Assembly: GCA_963666565.1 (NCBI GenBank)
Contig: OY762911.1
Span: 1,280,001 to 1,344,000, forward strand
Length of the DNA stretch: 64,000 bases
DNA from: Thermoanaerobaculia bacterium
GTDB taxonomy: Bacteria > Acidobacteriota > Thermoanaerobaculia > Multivoradales > Multivoraceae
Direction: 5' to 3'
The translations under genes and the position numbers were made by a program. Below, one piece after another: positions 55,141 through 64,000 of this stretch. The notes beneath the pieces were generated by a model. The model had not been told where the DNA came from. It saw only the letters and a list, made by a program, of their open reading frames with translations, and searched no databases. The first letter of the stretch is position 1. Every line of letters starts with the position of its first letter.

Positions 55141-56919
55141 CTACGTGAGCGGCCAGAACACCGGGATCAGCCACACCGACAGAGCGCAGCAGAGGATCTT
55201 GACCGGCGTACCGAACTTCACGTAATCCATGAAGCGGTAGCCGCCGGGGCCGAAGACCATGGCGTTGGTCTTGTAGCCCATCGGGGTCAGGAAGCTGGCG
55301 GAGGCGGCGAAGGCGACGGTCATCATGAACGGCTTCGGTTCGAGCCCCATCGACGCCGCGGCGGTGCCGGCGATCGGCACCATGAGCACGGCGGTCGAGT
55401 TGTTCGAGATGATCTCCGAGAGCAGGGCTGTCGCCACGTAGATCAGCGCAATGACCACCCAGGGCCCGTAGTCGGCGCCGGCATTCGCGATCGTCTCTCC
55501 GATCGTCGCCGCGAGGCCGGTCTTCTCCATCGCGATCCCCATCGGCAGGGTGCCGACGAGCAGGAAGATGACGGTCCAGTTGATCGCCTCGTATGCTTGC
55601 TGCACCGAGATGCCGCCGAAGGCGATCAGCGCCACGGCGCCCAGGATCGAGGCCTTCAGGATCGAGGTGGCGCCGGTGGCCGCGACGATGACGACGATCG
55701 GGACGATCAGCACGGCTAGCCACCAGCGCCGCGGCGTGACGAGGCGCAGCTTGACGTCCTGCTGCAGCGGGATGAAGTCCTCCGTCTCGTAGAGGGCCTC
55801 GATCCGGGAACGGGGGCCGAAGACGAGCAGCGTGTCCCAGTTGTGGAGGACGATGTGGGCCAGCTTCTCGCGGATCGGTTCGCCCGTGCGGTTGAGCGCC
55901 AGCACGAAGCAGCCGAAGCGGCGGCGGAAGTCCAGGTCGCGAATCGTCGAACCGGTGACCCGGGAGACCGGCGAGAGCTGGATCTCGGCCATGATGTTGT
56001 TCTTGTCGGAGAGGTCGCGGTCGCCGATCTTCGTTTCCGTGCGAAGGCGCAGGCCGTAGTGGTCGCGGAAGCTGACGATGTCGTCCATCCGGCCTTCGAC
56101 GATCAGCAGGTCGCCACCCTGCATCGGCGTGGAGCGGAGCTCGACGGCGATCCGCTCCTCGCCGCGCAGGATCTCGAGCACCGTCAGGCGGAACCGTTCG
56201 TTGATGTGCGCGTCGACCACGTTGCGGCCGACGAGCGAGCTACCCTCCGGTACCTGGACCTCGGTCAGGAACGAGGACAGTCGGTACTTGGTGGTCAGGT
56301 CGGCGGCGCCGACGCGATCCGGGAGGCGGCGCATCGGCACGAAGACGATGTAGGCGAAGCCGCCGACCAGGAGGATCAGTCCGAGCGCCACGAACTCGAA
56401 CATGCTGAAGACCCCATAGCCGTACTCCGCCGACATGGAGGCGACCAGCAGGTTCGTCGACGTGCCGATCAGGGTGCATGTGCCGCCCAGGATCGAGAGG
56501 TAGGAGAGAGGGAGCAGGATCCGCGACGGCGACACGCCGTAGTGCTTCCCGATCTGGATGGCGACCGGCATCAGGATCGCCAGGGCGGCGGTGTTGTTGA
56601 TGAAGGCCGAGAGCACGCCGCAGACCAGGATCAGGGTGATCGCGGCGGCCCAGTGCGTGTGGCCGGAGAGTTGCGCGAGCTTCTGGCCGAAGCGGTCGAT
56701 CAGGCCGGTATGGGTCAGCCCGTAGCTCAGGATGAACATCATCATCACCGTGATGACGGCGTCGTTGCTGAAGCCGCGGATCGCTTCCTGGGGCGTTACC
56801 AGCCCGAACAGGAGCAGCAGCCCCATGCTCGAGAGCGCGACCGCGTCGATCCGCAGCCACTCGAAGCTGAAGGCCAGGAACGTGAAGACGATGATGGCTG
56901 AGAGAATCCAGATGTCCAT
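55141..56919 (-). CDS. SLC13/DASS permease with TrkA-C domains
   Basis: SAFINNT, LGGTCTLIGTSTN, ISNNST, ASASFLTPMGY.TN. Confidence 0.9.
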   Translation of the reverse strand: MDIWILSAIIVFTFLAFSFEWLRIDAVALSSMGLLLLFGLVTPQEAIRGFSNDAVITVMMMFILSYGLTHTGLIDRFGQKLAQLSGHTHWAAAITLILVCGVLSAFINNTAALAILMPVAIQIGKHYGVSPSRILLPLSYLSILGGTCTLIGTSTNLLVASMSAEYGYGVFSMFEFVALGLILLVGGFAYIVFVPMRRLPDRVGAADLTTKYRLSSFLTEVQVPEGSSLVGRNVVDAHINERFRLTVLEILRGEERIAVELRSTPMQGGDLLIVEGRMDDIVSFRDHYGLRLRTETKIGDRDLSDKNNIMAEIQLSPVSRVTGSTIRDLDFRRRFGCFVLALNRTGEPIREKLAHIVLHNWDTLLVFGPRSRIEALYETEDFIPLQQDVKLRLVTPRRWWLAVLIVPIVVIVAATGATSILKASILGAVALIAFGGISVQQAYEAINWTVIFLLVGTLPMGIAMEKTGLAATIGETIANAGADYGPWVVIALIYVATALLSEIISNNSTAVLMVPIAGTAAASMGLEPKPFMMTVAFAASASFLTPMGYKTNAMVFGPGGYRFMDYVKFGTPVKILCCALSVWLIPVFWPLT

Positions 56920-57007
56920 GCCGGCTCCGCCGTTGGAAGTCCGCCGATCGTAGCGCGCCCGCGGGCGGCGCCCCCCCGCCCGTCGCGCGTGGAACGGTCC
57001 TGGCGGA

Positions 57008-57841
57008 TCAGCCGACCGGCAGTCGGCGGTGCGAGGCGACCGGCATCGAGCGCCTGACCTCCGCGACGCGACGCCGGTCGATCTCGGCGATCGCGATGCC
57101 GGGCCCGTCGCCGGCGTCGGCCAGGACGTGGCCCCACGGGTCGATGATGACCGAGTGCCCGTAGCTGTGCCGGAGGCCGCGGTCGTCGTGGCGGCCGGTC
57201 TGGGCGGCGGCCAGCACGTAACACTGGGTCTCGATCGCGCGGGCGCGCAGCAGGGGGAACCAGTGGTCCTTGCCGGTCATCAGGGTGAAGGCGGAGGGGA
57301 CGGTCAGGACCTCGGCGCCGTCGCGGGCGAGCTTCAGGTAGAGCTCGGGGAAGCGCATGTCGTAGCAGATGGTGAGGCCGAGCCGGGCGAGCGGCGTATC
57401 GACCGTGACGACGTCTTCGCCGGGCACTGCCGTCTTCGACTCGAGGAAGCGCACTTCGGCCGAGACGTCGACGTCGAAGAGGTGGATCTTGCGGTAGGTG
57501 GCGACGATCTCCCCCTGCGGGTCGAACAGGACGCTGGTGTTGTAGCAGCGCTCGCTGTCGTCCGGCGCCTTCTCGTTGTAGGACCCGAGCAGGAGGTGGA
57601 TGCCCCGGTCGCGGGCCAGCGCCGCGAACCGGGCGCAGGTGGCGCCGGACGTCGGCTCGGCGAGCTGGACCTTCTCCTTGTGCGGCCCGAGGTAGTTCGT
57701 GTTCTCCGGCGTGGACACGAAGGTCGCCCCGCGATCCGCCGCGGTCTCGATCCAGTGCCGGGCGGTTTCCCAGTTCGCCTGCTCGTCCGAGGTGGAACCC
57801 ATCTGGACCACCGCGGCGAGGAATGTCGATGTGTCCTGCAT
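57008..57841 (-). CDS. Carbon-nitrogen hydrolase (Nit1-like)
   Basis: TPEN, YRKIHLFDV, ICYDMRFPE, ARAIETQ, GHSVIIDPWG. Confidence 0.92.
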   Translation of the reverse strand: MQDTSTFLAAVVQMGSTSDEQANWETARHWIETAADRGATFVSTPENTNYLGPHKEKVQLAEPTSGATCARFAALARDRGIHLLLGSYNEKAPDDSERCYNTSVLFDPQGEIVATYRKIHLFDVDVSAEVRFLESKTAVPGEDVVTVDTPLARLGLTICYDMRFPELYLKLARDGAEVLTVPSAFTLMTGKDHWFPLLRARAIETQCYVLAAAQTGRHDDRGLRHSYGHSVIIDPWGHVLADAGDGPGIAIAEIDRRRVAEVRRSMPVASHRRLPVG

Positions 57842-57896
57842 TCGTCGAGGCCCCCGGAGCGCGAGCTTACCGCTGCGGGATACACCCGCCCGTCTT

Positions 57897-58056
57897 GGGT
57901 CAGGAGGGGTCGGCGCCCAGGTGACGCTCGCGCTCCAGAGGAAGCACGGACGATTGCGCTCGCTCCGCTTCACTCGCTCCGGTTGGGCGTCGGTGAGTGC
58001 GAGGTCGTCGGCCGTCGCTCGTTCAGAGGCACCTGGGCGCCGACCCCTCCCGACCC
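57897..58056. mobile_element. MITE-like element with 27-bp terminal inverted repeats
   Basis: GGGTCAGGAGGGGTCGGCGCCCAGGTG (57897-57923) matches the reverse complement of 58030-58056 at 26/27. Confidence 0.55.
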
Positions 58057-58108
58057 GACTGGGCTGGACGTCGTTGCCGGGCCGGTCGATCGGCGGGCCC
58101 ATGCAACT

Positions 58109-58177
58109 GGGTGCGCGGGTCTTCCGACCCGCCTGCCGCCGGAGGCGGCCAGGAAGCGCGCCGCGAAGCGGCGACCG
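58109..58177 (+). repeat. Three-hairpin REP-like element
   Basis: Nearly identical to 2459-2525. Confidence 0.85.
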
Positions 58178-58207
58178 TTTTCGGTTCGGGCTAAGCTCTG
58201 AGCACCC

Positions 58208-61200
58208 ATGTGCGGGATCGTCGGCATCCTGATGCGCCCCCACCCCGGACCGGCGATCGGCTCGCGCGAACTGCTGGACGGTCTCGCAGCGGCTGGCCGC
58301 GCGGTCGAGGCGGCGGTGGGCGAGTGCGACCGCGCCGAGGCGGAGGCGCTGGCAGCGGCCCTGTCGGCTGCCGCCTCCGAGTTGGCCGACTGGGACCGGC
58401 GGTTGCGAGCCCGACCGGCGGTCCGGTCGCTGGTGCGGGACGAATCGCTGCGGGCGGCGACGGCCGATGCCCTGCGGCCCTGCTCGGCGGCCGTGCGGCG
58501 GCTGGAAGCGAGCCTCGACGCCGGCGCCGCGCGCTTCGGCAATGCCGGACTGGAGGCGGTGAACCGGGCCGCCGCCGCGCTGGCCGACGCGGAGTGGGCG
58601 ATCCGCCGCGACCGGCTGCGGACCGCCGCCGAGGTCGCGGCGCTTGTGCCGGCCGGCGGGAACGACGGGTTCGCCGGCAACGGCCGCGCCGGCGCCAGCG
58701 ACGCCGGGCTGGACGTCCTGATCGCTGTCCAGCAGACCTTCTCCTCCCTCGACCGGCTGGAGATCCGCGGCCGCGATTCGGCCGGCCTGTTCCTGCTGCT
58801 CTCGGGGCACGGCGTGGACCCGGACGCTAGGGCGATCCGTGCCGAGCTCGACGCGCGAACCGGGGACCCGCTGTTCGGTCATCGCGCCGTCCGGCTGCGC
58901 GGAGGGCGTCTCGGCCTCGTCTACAAGTGCGCGGAGGAGATCGGAGAACTGGGCGACAACGTCCGCTTCCTGCGGGCTGCGGTCGCCGCCGACCCGTTGC
59001 TGGCGGCGGCGCTCCGGAGCCCGGACGTGGAGGCGGCCGTCCTCGGCCACACCCGGTGGGCCAGCGTCGGCCGGATCAACGAGGCGAACGCGCATCCGCT
59101 GAACGACGCGGAGCGGCCGCCCCGGGTGATCGCGGCGATCAACGGCGACATCGACAATCACGCCGACCTGGCGGTGCTGGAGAAGCTGGACATCGACCCC
59201 CGCATCACGACGGACGCGAAGGTGATGCCGGTGCTCATGTCGCGCCGGCTGGCCGACGGCGACGCGCCCTTCGACGCCTTCCGCGACACGGTGGCCGCGT
59301 TCGAGGGTTCGCTCGCTCTCGGCGCGCTCGCCTGGGACGACCCGTCGCGGCTCTACCTGGCGACCCAGGGCAGCGGCCAGGGTCTCTACGTCGGGCTGGC
59401 CGATCGTGCTTTCGTGGTCGCCAGCGAGCCCTACGGTCTGGTCGAGGAGACCTCGACCTGGCTGCGGCTGGACGGCGAGGCGGAACCGGACCGCGCCGGC
59501 GCCGGTTGGGGCCAGATCGTCGTGCTCGATGCCGGTCGCGCCGGCGAACTGGAGGGCATCGAGCGGTACTCGGCCGGAGGCTCGCCGCTGCCGGTGACGC
59601 CGGAAGAGCTCGACCATGCCGAGATCACGACTCGCGACATCGACCGGGGCGAGTTCCCGCACTTCCTGCTCAAGGAGATCGGCGAGGCGCCGCGTTCCGT
59701 GCGCAACACGCTGCGCGGCAAGGTGCGGGAGGACGCGACCGGGCGCCTGCGGGTTTCGGTCGGCGAGCGGACGTTGCCGGAGGCGGTTGCGCGCGGCCTG
59801 CGGGAGGGGACGGTCGCGCGCATCGTCGTCACCGGTCAGGGCACGGCGGCCGTCGCCGGCCAGGGCATCGCCGCGGCGATCGAGGGACGGCTGCGCGAGC
59901 GTGGCCTCGGCCGCCCGCGGGTCGACGCGATGCCGGCCACGGAGCTCTCGGGCTTCCACCTGGTGGCTGACATGCACGACACGCTGGTCGTCGCGGTCAG
60001 CCAGTCCGGCACGACGACGGACACGCTGCGCACGGTCAACCTGGCGCAACGTCGGGGCGCCCACGCGATCGCGATCGTGAATCGCCGCAACTCCGATCTG
60101 GCGGACCGGGCGGACGGCGTGCTCTACACCTCGGACGGGCGGGACGTCGAGATGAGCGTCGCGTCGACCAAGGCCTTCTACTCCCAGATCGCGGCGGGGA
60201 TGCTGCTCGCCGTGGCGATCGCCGACCGGGTTGCGGGCGGGCCGGACGAGCGCCCCGCCGCCGACCGCCTCCTGCGGGAACTGCGGAACCTGCCCGGCGC
60301 GATGGAGCGCACCCTGGCATTGCGGCCCGCGATCGCTGCCGCCGCCAGGGAGTACGCGCCGCGATTGCGCGACTGGTCGGTGGTCGGCAACGGCCTCGAC
60401 CGCATCGCCGCGGAGGAAATCCGGATCAAGCTCTCGGAGCTCTGCTACAAGGCGATCGCCTGCGACGCGACGGAGGACAAGAAGCACATCGACCTGTCGT
60501 CCGAGCCGCTGATCCTGGTCTGCGCGACCGGAGTGCAGGGCTCGACGGCGGCCGACACCCGGAAGGAGATCGACGTCTACCGCGCCCACCGCGCGACGCC
60601 CATCGTCATCGCCTCCGAGGGCGCGGCGTTCCCGTCCGCGGCGGCTGTGATCGAAGTGCCCGAGGCGCCGCCCGAGCTGTCCTTCGTGCTGGCGACCGTG
60701 GTCGGTCACCTGTTCGGCTACCACGCGGCCCTGGCCATCGACGATCTCGCCGGGCCGCTGCGGGCGATCCGGAACGCGCTCGATCCGGTCGCGGACGCCG
60801 GGACGCCGAACGGACCGGCTCGCTGCGGGCCCGCTTCGCCGGACGCGCTGCAGGGCGGAGAGCAGTCGGCGGGCACGGCCGCGGGTACGGTCGCGCGACT
60901 CCGCGACGACGCTGGTCGTTTCGATCGAACCCATGGGGCGGGAACGGCCGCCGCGGCGGTCGCCCGGCTGCGCGAGGAGGCCGCCGCCGAGATCGCGGCC
61001 GTGCGCGAGGGCCTCGCGGCCGGCGGCTACGACGGCAACCTGCACGCCGGCAAGGCGGTGCGGCTGGCGGTGGCGCTCGACCGCCTCGAACGCGTTTCCG
61101 TTGCGGCCGGCGCGGACAGCGAGGCTGGCGTGGACGGCGAGGCCGGCGCGGGCGGCGAGGCCGGCGCGGGCGGCGAGGCAGGCGCGGGCGGCGAGGCCGG

Positions 61201-62041
61201 CGCGGAGGCGGCGCTTCAGGCCTTGCGGGATGCCCTGACCCCGGCCATCGACGACCTCACCCGGCACATCGACACGATCAAGCACCAGGCGAAGACGGTC
61301 ACCGTGGGCATCTCGCGCCACGACCAGACCCTCGGCCGGATGTCCTTGGACGCGGCGCTCAGCCAGGCCGGCGCGCCGGAGGAGTCCATCTCGACGGAAG
61401 ATCGGCGGACGATGAGCGCCCTCGATCCCTTCGTCGACCAGGTTCTCGGCTACGTCCGCTACCGGCTGTGGTCGGGCGGCCACGGCCCGCCACCCGGCGA
61501 CGGCGCCACGATCCGGGTCCTGCGCGCCGGCGGCCTGTGCCGCGACCTGCAGTCGCGCACGGTGCGGCAGCCGCTGCTACAGGGCACCAAGTACGCGGTC
61601 GCGGTCGAAGGCCGGTTGCTCGCGGCGCGTGGCCGGACGGACGGCCGGGTGTTCGTCGGTGTGCCGGAGTGGAGCGGCGGCGAGGTCTCGGCTCTCAACC
61701 TGGTCCACGTGCGTTTCCGCGAGCGGGCGCCGGCGGCCGAACTGCGCCGGCTGCTCTCCGGCTACCGCGAACGTTACGCCGGCCTTCGCCACCAGGTGCT
61801 CCGGCAGGCCGCGGAGTTCGACGACGGGCTGCTGGGCGAGCTCCCGGTCGAAAACCTCCTGATCGACCCCGTGCCCCAACTCGCGCAGCGCTGGCGGAGC
61901 GCCGGGAACGGCGGCATCCCGCCCACCTCCGCGGCCGCGAGCGGGGGCGGCGTCGCCGAAGCCGTGCGCGGGTGCCCGGGACAGGCGGCCGACGCCAGCG
62001 GCGAGAGCCCCGAGACGCTGCTCAAGGCGGGACGGCCTTGA
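58208..62041 (+). CDS. glmS: Enlarged GlmS-like glutamine amidotransferase / SIS protein (1277 aa)
   Basis: MCGI, LEIRGRDSAG, GHTRWA, NAHP, NGDIDN, SQSGTT.DT, VASTKAF, AKTVTVG. Confidence 0.75.
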   Translation: MCGIVGILMRPHPGPAIGSRELLDGLAAAGRAVEAAVGECDRAEAEALAAALSAAASELADWDRRLRARPAVRSLVRDESLRAATADALRPCSAAVRRLEASLDAGAARFGNAGLEAVNRAAAALADAEWAIRRDRLRTAAEVAALVPAGGNDGFAGNGRAGASDAGLDVLIAVQQTFSSLDRLEIRGRDSAGLFLLLSGHGVDPDARAIRAELDARTGDPLFGHRAVRLRGGRLGLVYKCAEEIGELGDNVRFLRAAVAADPLLAAALRSPDVEAAVLGHTRWASVGRINEANAHPLNDAERPPRVIAAINGDIDNHADLAVLEKLDIDPRITTDAKVMPVLMSRRLADGDAPFDAFRDTVAAFEGSLALGALAWDDPSRLYLATQGSGQGLYVGLADRAFVVASEPYGLVEETSTWLRLDGEAEPDRAGAGWGQIVVLDAGRAGELEGIERYSAGGSPLPVTPEELDHAEITTRDIDRGEFPHFLLKEIGEAPRSVRNTLRGKVREDATGRLRVSVGERTLPEAVARGLREGTVARIVVTGQGTAAVAGQGIAAAIEGRLRERGLGRPRVDAMPATELSGFHLVADMHDTLVVAVSQSGTTTDTLRTVNLAQRRGAHAIAIVNRRNSDLADRADGVLYTSDGRDVEMSVASTKAFYSQIAAGMLLAVAIADRVAGGPDERPAADRLLRELRNLPGAMERTLALRPAIAAAAREYAPRLRDWSVVGNGLDRIAAEEIRIKLSELCYKAIACDATEDKKHIDLSSEPLILVCATGVQGSTAADTRKEIDVYRAHRATPIVIASEGAAFPSAAAVIEVPEAPPELSFVLATVVGHLFGYHAALAIDDLAGPLRAIRNALDPVADAGTPNGPARCGPASPDALQGGEQSAGTAAGTVARLRDDAGRFDRTHGAGTAAAAVARLREEAAAEIAAVREGLAAGGYDGNLHAGKAVRLAVALDRLERVSVAAGADSEAGVDGEAGAGGEAGAGGEAGAGGEAGAEAALQALRDALTPAIDDLTRHIDTIKHQAKTVTVGISRHDQTLGRMSLDAALSQAGAPEESISTEDRRTMSALDPFVDQVLGYVRYRLWSGGHGPPPGDGATIRVLRAGGLCRDLQSRTVRQPLLQGTKYAVAVEGRLLAARGRTDGRVFVGVPEWSGGEVSALNLVHVRFRERAPAAELRRLLSGYRERYAGLRHQVLRQAAEFDDGLLGELPVENLLIDPVPQLAQRWRSAGNGGIPPTSAAASGGGVAEAVRGCPGQAADASGESPETLLKAGRP
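61136..61207 (+). repeat. Intragenic 18-bp tandem repeat x4 (GEAGAG)
   Basis: ggcgaggccggcgcgggc repeated in frame. Confidence 0.85.
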
Positions 62042-63009
62042 GAGTCCTGCTCACCGGCAGCGCCGGCTTCATCGGCTTCCACGTCGCTAGGGCGTTGCTC
62101 GCGCGCGGCGACGAGGTGATCGGCTACGACAACTTCAACCCGTACTACGACCCGGAACTCAAGGAGCGGCGCAACGCGATCCTCGAGGAACAGCCCGGCT
62201 TCCGACTGGTGCGGGCCGACATCGGCGACCGCCACGCCCTGCAGGAGGCCTTCGACGACCTCGTCCGCGGCGCCTCCGGCACGGAGACGAGGGTCTGCCA
62301 CCTCGCGGCCCAGGCCGGAGTGCGGCACTCGATCGACCATCCGAACCAGTTCGTGCGCGACAACGTGCAGGCCTTCACCTACGTCCTCGAACTGTGCCGC
62401 GACCACGAGGTCGGCGGCCTGATCTACGCCTCGAGCAGCTCGGTCTACGGCAACAGCACGCGCGAGCGGCTGAGCGAGACGGACGGCACGTCTTCCCAGT
62501 GTTCGCTCTACGGCGCGACGAAGAAGATGAACGAGCTGATGGCGTCCGTGTACCACCACCTCTACGGAATGCGCGTGACCGGGCTCCGCTTCTTCACGGT
62601 CTACGGCCCGTGGGGCCGGCCCGACATGGCCCTGTTCCTGTTCACCGGCGCGGTACTGCGCGGCGAGCGGATGAACGTCTTCGGGCACGGCCGGATGCAC
62701 CGGGACTTCACCTACATCGACGACATCGTCGCCGGCGTCGTCTCGGCGATCGACCGCAACCACGAGGAGCTCGTCTGCAACCTCGCCGCCGGCCGCACCG
62801 AGGAACTGATGGAGTTCATCCGCCAGATCGAAACGAGTTGCGGCCGCGAGGGCGAGAAGGAGTTCCTGCCCATGCAGCCCGGCGACGTCGTGCGGACCTC
62901 GGCCGACCTCACCCGCGCCCGCGAATGTCTCGGCTACGAGCCGACGACCGCGATCTCCACCGGCATCCCCCGCTTCGTCGACTGGTACCGCGACTACTAC
63001 CGCCTGTAG
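62038..63009 (+). CDS. UDP-glucuronate 4-epimerase-like NAD-dependent epimerase
   Basis: TGSAGFIG, HLAAQAGVR, YASSSSVYG, YGATKK, RFFTVYGPWGRPDMA. Confidence 0.9.
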   Translation: MRVLLTGSAGFIGFHVARALLARGDEVIGYDNFNPYYDPELKERRNAILEEQPGFRLVRADIGDRHALQEAFDDLVRGASGTETRVCHLAAQAGVRHSIDHPNQFVRDNVQAFTYVLELCRDHEVGGLIYASSSSVYGNSTRERLSETDGTSSQCSLYGATKKMNELMASVYHHLYGMRVTGLRFFTVYGPWGRPDMALFLFTGAVLRGERMNVFGHGRMHRDFTYIDDIVAGVVSAIDRNHEELVCNLAAGRTEELMEFIRQIETSCGREGEKEFLPMQPGDVVRTSADLTRARECLGYEPTTAISTGIPRFVDWYRDYYRL

Positions 63010-63012
63010 CCG

Positions 63013-63125
63013 CGTGCGAACCGGGTGCGAACCCGGTGCGAACCGGGTGCGCGCTGGGTGCGCGGGTCTTCCGACCCGCATGCCGCCGCAAGCGGCCAGG
63101 AAAACGCGCCGCGAAGCGGCGACCG
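63013..63125 (+). repeat. Three-hairpin REP-like element preceded by 11-bp tandem GTGCGAACC(G/C)G x3
   Basis: Core at 63056-63078; between convergent genes. Confidence 0.85.
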
Positions 63126-63141
63126 CCTCCCCGCCGCCGCG

Positions 63142-64000
63142 TCAGCCGCTCGAGGGAACCGAGATCGCCTCGCGCAGGACGGACATCGTCCCGCTTGGCT
63201 CGTCCACCACGCCCAGGACGACCGTGTAGTCCCCTTCCCAGAGCTTCACGCCCAGGTCGACGAAGTGATAGCCCGCGTGGGAGCTGAGGCCCCCGGGACC
63301 TCCGAGCTCGACAAGCATCCGCCGCGCCGGGGTCCGGTAGCCCTTGCTTCTCTCCACGGCCATCAGCCAGAGGCCCAGCGACCCCCTGTCGCCATCGGGT
63401 CCTGGCAGCAGCGTTGCCGCCAACTCGGGAATCGCCACCCGGACCACGAGTTCGTGAACGTCTTCGCGGTTCCTGCGTCTCCGCCGCCGATCCTCTTCCA
63501 CCTCGAGAAGCGTTGTCGGCTCGAAGCGCATCGCCACGCTCAAGGGGTTCGCCCCGTCGGCGAACCAATCCCCTTCCAGCCAGGCCGTACTGAGGAGCCT
63601 CTCGGCGATCGTCTGGTCGCGCGACTTGTCCTGCCAGGACCGGCGGTAGGCCAGGCGGTATCCCTGTTTGCGAAGGGATCGAGCCAGCTCCACCTCGATC
63701 TGCCTCAGCTCGCCGGGCTTGTGGTCCGCGGCCGTGACGGCCAGCTCGTAGGAAGCGTCCAGGTGCTCTTCCGCGTCGTCCAGCAAGGGGCCCAGGGCGT
63801 TCGAGTTGAAGAGCGTGCGACCGCCCGTCTCCCGGGACAGGTACGCCATCCCGCCTTGCCGGTTCAGTCTCCAGGAGCGCACCGATTCAAAGGGGGAGGG
63901 CACGCCGCCAGCGTCCAGCATGTAGAGCGTCATGTTGTTCGCGTTCGCGTGCGCGGCGACCCGGTCGAAGAGCCTGCTCAACTCCCCTCCCGGTCCCAGC
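63142..64000 (-). CDS. VWA-associated Acidobacterial-type protein (5'-partial)
   Basis: ANANNMTLY.LD, LSRETGGR, YELA, YRRS; frame open to the window end. Confidence 0.65.
   Translation of the reverse strand, partial: LGPGGELSRLFDRVAAHANANNMTLYMLDAGGVPSPFESVRSWRLNRQGGMAYLSRETGGRTLFNSNALGPLLDDAEEHLDASYELAVTAADHKPGELRQIEVELARSLRKQGYRLAYRRSWQDKSRDQTIAERLLSTAWLEGDWFADGANPLSVAMRFEPTTLLEVEEDRRRRRRNREDVHELVVRVAIPELAATLLPGPDGDRGSLGLWLMAVERSKGYRTPARRMLVELGGPGGLSSHAGYHFVDLGVKLWEGDYTVVLGVVDEPSGTMSVLREAISVPSSG

Noticed and set aside
57008-61483. 1491-aa giant nitrilase fusion
   Set aside because: Only the last 277 aa are nitrilase; the rest is antisense to glmS

Overview
High-GC bacterial chromosome segment, probably Acidobacteriota (inferred from GWxTD-like/VWA and PEGA proteins; not verified). 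Mostly housekeeping: sugar-nucleotide enzymes, lptD, ruvX-mltG, xseAB, an argCJBD-argH-argR operon, a cysM-mec-ubiquitin-like/MoeB/rhodanese sulfur-relay operon, moaD-moaE fusion, iscA, tdk, phosphomannomutase, type 2 ileS, rlmH, DksA/TraR, mutM, an SLC13 permease, a nitrilase and a very large GlmS-like protein. Three small defence-type insertions interrupt this backbone: (i) a fused ABC-ATPase/TOPRIM gene with a decayed PIN-type TA pair, between ~80-bp direct repeats (8.5-10.7 kb); (ii) an intact IS1380 beside a vsr-dcm-endonuclease cluster and an orphan AAA ATPase (28.7-34.9 kb); (iii) an orphan AbiEi-like antitoxin facing an NB-ARC/STAND protein with a HEPN-like N-terminal motif (37.7-41.1 kb). 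Intergenic DNA carries a recurring three-hairpin REP-like element (7 near-complete copies, two with tandem arrays of the first hairpin), a MITE-like inverted repeat and several TA relics absent from the ORF track. No rRNA, tRNA, cas genes or true CRISPR array seen. All calls come from reading motifs by eye; no database search was run, and many starts were reassigned by hand.
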